In this document: positions 50,101 through 59,100 of the stretch, one piece after another | Numbering within the stretch: position 1 is the first letter of the stretch | How the letters are laid out: each line of letters starts with the position of its first letter | DNA from: Verrucomicrobiota bacterium | Lineage (GTDB): Bacteria > Verrucomicrobiota > Kiritimatiellia > CAIQIC01 > JAGNIJ01 | Assembly: GCA_022710725.1 (NCBI GenBank) | Contig: JAKLGK010000001.1 | Span: 113,010 to 177,009, forward strand | Reading direction: 5' to 3' | Length of the DNA: 64,000 nt | Made by a program: the position numbers and the translations under genes | The notes under the pieces: model-generated | The model's database searches: none | Seen by the model: only the letters and a program-made list of their open reading frames with translations | What the model was told of the DNA's origin: nothing

Positions 50101-53100
50101 GACGGCGTTATGGACGCCCAGCGTCGCGCTCGCGCCCCAGCACTCGCCGAAGAAAATCTTCTCCGTCGCGCCGTGCATCAGGCTGGCGCCGGCCCACTTC
50201 TGCGCGCCGTCCCACGTGAAGTTCATGATGAAGGCCGCGTACACCTTGCCGCTCGTCCGCGCGGCGAACGAGCGCGATACGTACAGGCCCGCGTTATTCG
50301 AGGGCACCATCACGATCTTATTGCCCGTCGGCGTCGGGTAGTTCGTCTGGCCCGAGAAGCTGCCCGCGTGGTTCGTGACCCAGCCGGTGTTGCCCGACCA
50401 TGCCCCGCTCCAGTCGTTGCTGCCCGCGCAGTTCGCCAGCGTCGTGCCGTTGGTGTACGAGAACGTGTCCACGATCTCCTGCGCGGCGAACTGCTCCGTC
50501 GTCTCGGAATCCGTCAGGCCGGCGGAATAGTGGTTGTTGTTCACGGAGTAGAACGCGTAGTGGTGCTCCGTGCCGGACGCGACCATGTGCTCCAGGCTCG
50601 AGCCCGAGCCCTTGTAGATCACCGTGCCGCTGCCGCAGGAATCCCCAATGTTGTACGTCGTGCCTTGCGTCGGCGCCGTCGAGGCCGCGCCCGGCCGGTG
50701 GACGATCATCACGTCGTACGTGGCGTTCTTCGTCCACGCCAGGTCCATCAGGGTCTTGCCATCCGCCGTCGCGGTCGCCACCGACGGATCGGGGATGTTC
50801 GTCAGGACCAGGACGGCCTGCACGACCTGCGGGCTGTTCGTCGCCGCGTCGTTGCCCGCGCCGGTGTTGGTCACCGTGTTCGTGCCGTAGTAGGTCCCCG
50901 CGGACAGGCCCGTCGCCACAAAGAAGTTCGTGTGGACCTTGCTCGCGCCGTTCGCCAGGCTGCTGCCCGTCAGCGGCCGCACGGTCAGCCAGGCCGCGTT
51001 GGTCGAAAGCACGTACGACAGCGCCCCGCCGCCGATGTTCGTCACGGCGAAGGTGTGGCTCGTCGGCGTGGACCCTACCACGCCGTACACCGCCAGCGCC
51101 GCGCCCACGCCGATGCCCGGGTGGCTCTTCAGCGTCACCGTGCCCGTGGCGGAATTGACGCTCGTGCACAGGGTGTTCGTCCCGCGCACGCGGTAGTAGT
51201 ACACCCCGCCCTCCGTCAGCCCCGTCACCGCGTTGCTCGTCGCCGATACCGCCACGTTGGAGTAGCCGGTCGCATAGGCGATCGCGTTGGACGTGCCGCC
51301 GACGATCACGTCGTCGAAGGCCAGGTTGCCCGCGCTCTTGGTGTAGGTGAAGCGCAGCTTCGTGACCGATCCCGACAGCGGCATGTTCGTGTTCTCGCCC
51401 GTGGTCGGCAGCGGCATGATCGTGGACACCGTGCTCCAGCTGCCGGCATAACCCTCCACCAGCAGCGACGAACTCGCGTCCGTGCCGTTGCCCTTGACCC
51501 AGATCGTCACGCCCGTCGGGCTGCCGCCCAGCGTCGGGGTCTCCACCGCGTCGCCCGTGGCGTCCATCTGCAGCGACGGCGAGCCGCGGCCGTAATTGCC
51601 ATCGGAGGAATAGGTTCCGCCGATGGCGGTGAAGGTCCAGCCGCCGGGCGGGGTCGTCCCGCCGTCAAACGCCTCGTCGATCAGCAGGGCGGCCACCGTG
51701 CTGCCCTGGTAGACATCCAGCTGGTACCCGGTCGCGCCGGCCAGCGCGCTCCAGTTGGCCGTGAAGTCCGCGAAGTTCGTCGGGTTGGCGTAGAGGCCGA
51801 TCGGCCCGTTGGTGAAGCAGGACGCGACGTTCGTGACCACGTAGCCGTAGCCCGCCCCGATCGTGTTGGTCGCGTAGGCCCGGACGTAGTAGGTCTGGCC
51901 GGGCGTCAGGTTGGCCATCGTCGCCGAGAACTCGCCCAGACCCGAGCCGTTGGTCGTGCAGGGGTCGGCGATCGTCGGCGGGTTGGACGTGCTCCAGCAG
52001 ACGCCGCGCCGGGTGACCGTCGCGCCCTTCTCGTCCGTCACGTTGCCGCCGCTCACGGCGGAGCCCGGGATGTTGTTGCTGATCGCGAAGGTCGTCACGG
52101 CCGGCGTGTCCAGCGGGGCCTGGCTGCCCGTCCGCGGGTCGCTGGTCCGGTAGTTCTGGAGCCCGTCGTCGCCGTTGAACTCGTAGATCGCCACGTGGTA
52201 CGTCACGCCGGCGGTCAGGGCGGACATCACCACGCTGGTCCCGCTGCCGATGTACACGACGTAGTTGCCCGTGCCGAGCTGTGTGCCGCTGCCGAAGGCC
52301 GCGTTGTTCGTGTAGCCCATCCCGTCCGCCGGGTTCGAGTCCACCGCGCTCCCCTGCTTGACCACCACAATGGAGTTCGCGCCGTCCCCGCCGGACCAGC
52401 CGATCTGGAAGCTCGTCGCCGTGATGAGCGTGAAGGCCACCGCCGTCGGGTTCGCCGAAGGCTCCGCCGCGAAGGTCGTCGCGTTCGCCGTCGGGATCGT
52501 CGCCGCCGTCAGGTAGTTGTAGGTCTGCCATTGCCCGCCGTCGGCGTTGAACGGGACGATCGAGAAGTTGTACTGCGTGCTCGCCGTCAGGTTGCTGACC
52601 GTCGTGCCCGTCTCGGCCCCGCCGGTGACGATGTTCACCAGGGTCGCGTCGCCGAAGACCGTGGCGAGGGCGTAGTTCGTGCCGTCCGTCGGCGTGCCCG
52701 TCGGGTCGGCGCCCTGCCGCCGGAGGATCAGGTAGCCGTCCACCGGCGCGGACGCCGCCGTCCACGACAGGTTGATCGTCGAGGCCGAGGCCGCCGCGGC
52801 CGCGAAGCTGCCCGCGTGGCCCGCCGGCTCCGCGCTCAAGGTGTACGCCGTGATGACGTTCGAGTTCGAGCTCGCGCCGCTGGCGTTCTCCGCCCGCACC
52901 CGGTAGTAGTACGTCGCGCCCGCGGCCAGGTTGGTCACCAGCTCCGTCGTCGCGCTGACCGAGCGGTTCGAGTAGCCGGGGACGTAGGAATCGCCGGCGG
53001 AAATGCCCCGCAGCAGGACGTCGTCCACGCGCATGGCCGTGCCGCCCGTCTTGACCCAGCGCAGGCTCAAGTTGGCGCTGATCGCCTCCGCGGCCAGCCC

Positions 53101-56100
53101 GAGGTTGGTGACCATGTACCAACCGGCGCCGTCCCCCTCCGCCGGCATATTCGACACGGTGACGGCGTTCCACGCCGTTCCGCTATTGGTGGACCACTCC
53201 AGGTTGAACGTCGCGTTGTTGCCCGCGGCTTCCTTGCGGTACCCGAAGTTCAACTGGAGATAGGCGTAGCCCGTCGAGTCGATCCCGGCGATGCTGAACC
53301 CGTAGTCGCCGGACGTGGAGGTGTGGTAGACGTTGGCCGCGTCGGAGGCCGCGTTGCCGGCCGGGTCGGTGTACCCGCTGGACGAGCTGGTGGCCCGGAG
53401 ATCCGCCGGGCTCGCGGCGCCGCCGTCGGACATGGTGTACCCGTCGTTATCAAAGCCGTTGGCCGATTCGTGCGACGCTATGGTCGTCGTGCCGCCGACC
53501 GTGCCCATGGTCTCGCGGAACACCGTTGTGGTCGTGCCGCCGCCCGAGCTGAAGTCCGAACTCGTGGCCACGTCCAGCCGGTAGCCCGTGGCGCCGGAGA
53601 CGGCGTTCCAGTTGGCCCAGAAGTTGGCAGTGGTCCAGTTCGTCGCCGCCGTGGCGATCGGCGCGGCACAGAGGGTCAGGGCCGTGTTGGTCGTCGAGTA
53701 GACGCTGATGCCGCCGCTGTCCTGGGCGCGCAGCCGCCAGTAGTAGGTCGTCGCCGCAGTCAGGCCCGTGACGCTGAAGGTCGTCACGTCGCCGATCACG
53801 CGGGCCGAGTAGCCGTTGACGAAGCCGGCGAACGTCGAGGACGCGGAGGCGTCGAGCAGGTAGTTCGTCGCCCCCGTCGCCGCGCTCCAGTTGGCGGAGA
53901 AGCTGGCGACCGCCAGGTCCGACGCCGCGCTCAAGACCGGCGCGTCGGGCACGGTCCAGAAGGAGCCGTCGGCCGAGTAGGCCTTGCCCTGCGTGTTGCT
54001 GGCCCAGCCGCGGAAGTAGATTAGCGTGCCCGCGGGCAGGCCGCTGCGCGCGTGCGAGAAGACGCCCGTCGCCGTGCCGCCCTCGCTCGCTTCGTTGGCC
54101 GTCGGCGTCGCCGAGGTGTCCCACACCGTGCCGCGCGAGCCGAGCGCCACGCCGCCGTTGGTCGAGATCTCCGCGCCCAGCGTCGCGCCGTTGGCCGTGA
54201 CCGAGGCGTAGGTCGGGTTGATCACCGTCGGCGCGGCCTGGCTGGCGCGCCGGCCCGGCTCGCCGCTGGCCTGGAAGTCGCCCCGGCTGGCGCTCGTGTT
54301 GTTCGTCGCCCGCACCCAGTAGTAGTACTGCTGGCCCGCCGTGGCGCTCGTGTCGTCGTAGTTCGTCGTGCCCGCCGTGACGCTGGCCAGGAAGGAGGCC
54401 GAGCCGGAAGCGTCGGAGGTGTGCCGCCAGATCCCGTAGCTCGTTTCGCCCGCCAGGTCACCCCACTGCAGCGCCACCCGGTCGGAGTACAGGTCGTCGC
54501 TGGCCACGACGTTCGAGACGATCATGAGCTTCCGGTAGCCGCTGTCGGAGGCGCTGAAATCGCTCTGGCTGGAGGTCACGTTGTTCGTCGCCCGCACCCA
54601 GTAGTAGTAGAGCTGGCCGAAGTCGGCCGTGGCGTCGTCGTAGCCCGTGGCGTCCGCGGCCGCGCTGCCCAGGAACGTCGCGCTCCCGGAATCGTCCGCC
54701 GTGTGGCGCCAGATCCCGTAGCTCGTCTCGCCCGCGCCGTCCGTCCAGGCGACGGCCACCTGCACGGTGGAGGCGCCGTCCCCGGCCGTCACCCCGCCGA
54801 CCGTCGCCAGCTTCCGGTAGCCGGCCGAGCCGCTGGCCTGGAAGTCGCTCTGGCTCGAGCTCGTGTTGTTCGTCGCACGCACCCAGTAGTAGTACTGCTC
54901 GCCCGCCGTCGCCGATGTGTCGTTGTACGTCGTCGAACCCGCCGCCACGCTGGCGACGAACGACGCCCCGCCCGAGGCGTCCGCGGTGTTCCGGTAGATC
55001 GCGTAGCTCGTCTCGCCCGAGATGTCCGTCCAGTCCACCTGCACGTGCGCCGTGCTCGTGCCGTCCGACGCCCCCGTCACCGACACCGTCGCCATCTTCC
55101 GGTAACCGCTGTCCGACGTGCTCTCCGCGCTCGAGCCGGCCGGGTTCGTCGCCGTGACCCAGTAGTAGTAGAGCTGGCCCGCGGTCGCCCCGGTGTCGTT
55201 GTAGGTGAGGGTGTTCGCCGCGTTGGTGTAGATCGCCGTCGAGCTGGCGAAGGTGTCGACCGTGTTGCGCCACAGGACGAAGCCGGTCTCGCTGGAGACG
55301 TCGTTCCAGCTGTTGCTGACGTGCGCCGTGGAGCTGCCGTCCGAGGCCGCGAGGCCGGTCGGCGCCGCGGGCGCCACCTGGCTCGTCGTCACCGTCTGCG
55401 TCGTGGAGTCGGCGCTGACGCACGACCCGCCGCCCACCGCCCGCACGCGGTAGTAATACGCCGTGTCCGCCGTCAGCCCCGTCACCACCTGGCTCACCGC
55501 CGAGACGGAACGGTTGGAGAAGCCGGGGACGAAGCTGGAGCCGCCGCCCAAAGAGGTGACGATGATATCGTGCACGTAAACGGCGCCGGAAGGCTCCGAC
55601 AGACGTAATTCGACGCTCGAATTGGCGTCGTTCACGTAGTTCGAAAACACGGCGCCCGTGGTCGTGGGGTCGAAGGTGGTGACATCCGTCCAGCCCCCGC
55701 CGTTGACGTTCTTCTGGAGCTTGATCGTGCGGCTCGCGCCGGCATCCAGATGAAAGACCGCCGACCCGACGGTATTGAGGGCCGGCAAGGCCAGGATGCC
55801 ATTGGCGGCTTTCAATTGGACTCGCCCCACGGTGCAAGGCCCATCGGCGGAAGCGCTGGGCTGGATGATGCAACGGGTCATCGTGACCGTGCCGGCCGCG
55901 ATGATCTCCGTATACGAACCATAACTGGCTTGAGCCGTCCAACTCTGGATGTTCTCCGAAACCAGCGTGCTCGGCGCCCCGCCGCCGAATGTTCCGTTCG
56001 TGGCGACGTCCAGCTGGTAGCTGGCCGCGCCGCCGAGGGCGGTCCAGTTGGCGGTGAAGTTGGTGGAGCTGATGGCGCTGCCCGCCGCGCTGGTCGGCGC

Positions 56101-59100
56101 GACCTGGAAGCAGTCGGCCACGAAATTCGACTCGTCGCCGTATCCGGTGGGCGAGGCCTCGCTGTTCTGGGCGAAGGCGCGGACGTAGTAGGTCTGGCCC
56201 GGGGTCAGGCCGGTGATGTCGCTGTAGAAGATGCCGGTGCCGGTGCCGTTGGTCGTCCGGGCGTCGGCAATGGTCGGCGTGCCGCCGGTGTTCCAGCACA
56301 CGCCGCGGTTGGTGACGGCGGAGCCGCCCTGCAGGCTGATGTTGCCGCCGCTCTTGATGCTGGTCGGCAGGCTGTTGCTGAACGCGGCCGTGGTCAGCGT
56401 CGGCGGCCCGCCCGCCGGCGTGAAGGTCAGGACCAGGCACCCGCCGCTGGCGGCCAGCGAGAACCCGCCGCCGCCCAAACCCAGGCTCCACGCGCTGCTC
56501 GAGTCCAGGCTGAAATTCGCGGCGGACGAGATGCCGCCGCCGATCAGCACCCAGGAGTACGCGTTCGCGTTGTTGAAGTTCGACGTCACGTCGTCGTCGA
56601 TGACAATCGTCGTCGTCGCGTTGATCGTCGCCGTGCCGGTGCTGTTGGTCACGTAGTCGCGGTCGAGCGTATCGGAGCAGTTCCCGATCTGGAAGACCGC
56701 CTTCGAGCCGTTGTTCATCGTCAGCGAGGACACGAGCAGGCGCCCGATGGCGTTCGACGTCGCGCCCGGGTACATCGTGCCGGCCACGGTCAAGCCGCCC
56801 ACGCTGCCGGAGCCCGTCAGCGTGCCCGCGGCGTTGACCGTGATGGCGGAGCTGGTGTTCGTGCCGTTCATGATCAGCGTGCCGGCGCTGACCGTCGTCG
56901 CGCCGCTATAGCTGCTGGCGCCGGTGAGCTTCAGCGTGCCGGTCAGGAGCTTGTTCAGCGTGTTCCCGCCGCTGATCGCCCCGCTCAAGGTCAGCATGTC
57001 CAGCGACACGCCGATGGACGTCGCGGCGTTCAGCGAGATCGTGCCGGACACCGTGTTGTTGCCCGCGACGTTGCGCAGCGCGCCGAACAGGCCGCCGCCG
57101 GTGCCGCTCAACACCAGGTTCTCCGCCGAGGTGATGTTGTTGGTCAGCTCCAGCCGCCCGCCGCTGGCGACCGTGGTGCTGCCCGCCGAGGTGCCCAGGC
57201 CGTTGTTGTGCGCGATCCGGATCGTGCCCGCGTCGATCACGGTCCCGCCGCTGTAGCTGTTGTTGTTGGTGAACAGCACCATCCCGGCGCCCCGGTTCGT
57301 CACGTAGCCGGTGCCGCTGATGACGCCGAGGTAGTTCGTGTCGTCCGTGCGGTAGAACGCGAGGGCCGAGTTGTTGACGATGCTGGCGGCCGTCACGGCG
57401 CCGGCCGTGCCGTTGGCGCCGAGCTGCACCGCGCCCGCGCTGATCGTCAGCGCGCCGCTGAACGTGTTGTAGCCGGTCAGGGTCAGCAGGCCCGCCCCGT
57501 CCTTGGTCACGGTCCCCGCCCCGGTCCCGATGGCGCTGCTGACCACGATGTTCGAGGCGCCGCCGAAGGTGAGGTTGTAGCCGCTGCCGGAAATGGCCGT
57601 CGCGGAGTTCAGCGTCAGGATGCCCGAGTCGGAATTGATCCGCACGCCCGTGCTCTGCAGCGTGATCGCGCCGGCGAAGGTGTTGTTGCCGCTGATGTTC
57701 CGCAGCGCGCCGCCGCTGGCGATGCCCGTGCCGTTCAGGAACAGCGGCTCCGCCGCCGTCGTGATCCCGCCCGCCAGCTCCAGCGCGCTGGCGGTCGAGT
57801 TGGCGACGTAGGTGTTCCCGCCCGTTCCGCCCAGGCCGTTCGCGTTCGTCACCCGCACCACGCCCTGCGTGATGGAGAGGTTGCCGCTGAAGGTGTTGTT
57901 GCCCGCCAGGATCAGCGTGCCCTTTCCGATGTTCGTCCAGGCCGCCGAGTTCTGGATCACGCCGTTGACCGTCGCCGTGCTGTCCGGCGCCACCCAGATC
58001 CGCGGGCCGGCGGTGGTTCCCAGCTCGATGGTCCGGTTCGCGTGCAACGTGAAGACGTTCGTGAAGCCCAGCGTGCCCGTGCTCCAGACGTTGATCTTCT
58101 CCCCCGCGCCGCCCGGCACCGGGCCCGCCGCCAGGTCCGCCCCGAACGCCAGGATGCCCGCCGTAATGTGCGCCACGCCCGAGTTGGTGTTGAACCCCGT
58201 CAGCGTCAGCATTCCCGACTCCACTTTCTGCCAGTTCGCCGTCCCCACCATGCTGCCGCCGTAGCTCACCGCGTTCCCGCTGGTCACGCCCAGCTTCGGC
58301 GTGGCCACGTCCCCCAGCCGTATGCCGCGGTTGGCGTTCAGGGCGAAGGATCCCGTGAACTGCAGCGTGCCGCTCGACCAGACCTCGAAGTGGTTGGTCA
58401 CCAGCGAGGCGGGCGCCGCGCCGAAGCACAGGTCCGCCGAGCCCTGCAGGATGCCGTTTTCCGCCGCCGAACCGCCCGTGTAGGTGTTGGTCGTGCAGCC
58501 CAGCGTGATCGTGCCCGTGCCGATCTTGTAGAGGCGGTTGGCCGTCGTGCCCGACGCGCAGGCCGCGCCCAGGCCGTCCGTGATCAGGCCGTTGATCGTG
58601 GACGTGCCGTTGCCCCCGCCGAACTCCACCGCGCCGGTGTCTCGCACGGTGGCCGTCTGCTTCCAGTAGGAGTTCTGGCGGTTGTCACCCCAGTCCCACT
58701 GGTACCGCCGGTCGTCATTCAGGAAGATCGAGTAGGCGTCGATGCGGGCCGACGTCGCCGGCGAACCCGCCATCGTCCAGTCGTATTTCGTCTTCCCGTT
58801 CAGGTCCACGTTGAACGTCGAGCTGGAGGTGATCTTGACCTTGACCGTGTAGTTTGCCGCCGACGAGCCCGCGGGCGTGTTCGTGAAGGATTCCCCCGCC
58901 CCGCTGCCGATCGCGTACCACGACCCGATGCCCCCGCCCGACCCGTAGTTCCCGCCGTCCTGACGGACGGACAGTCGCGACCCGCTGACCCGGTTCGCCC
59001 ACGGCGTGCCGGTCGAGCCGCCGTCGTTCAGCGACACGCCGATCTCGCCGTAGTAGCAGCCGTAGCTGTACACGGTGATGCTGAACTCGTCGCCCACCTG

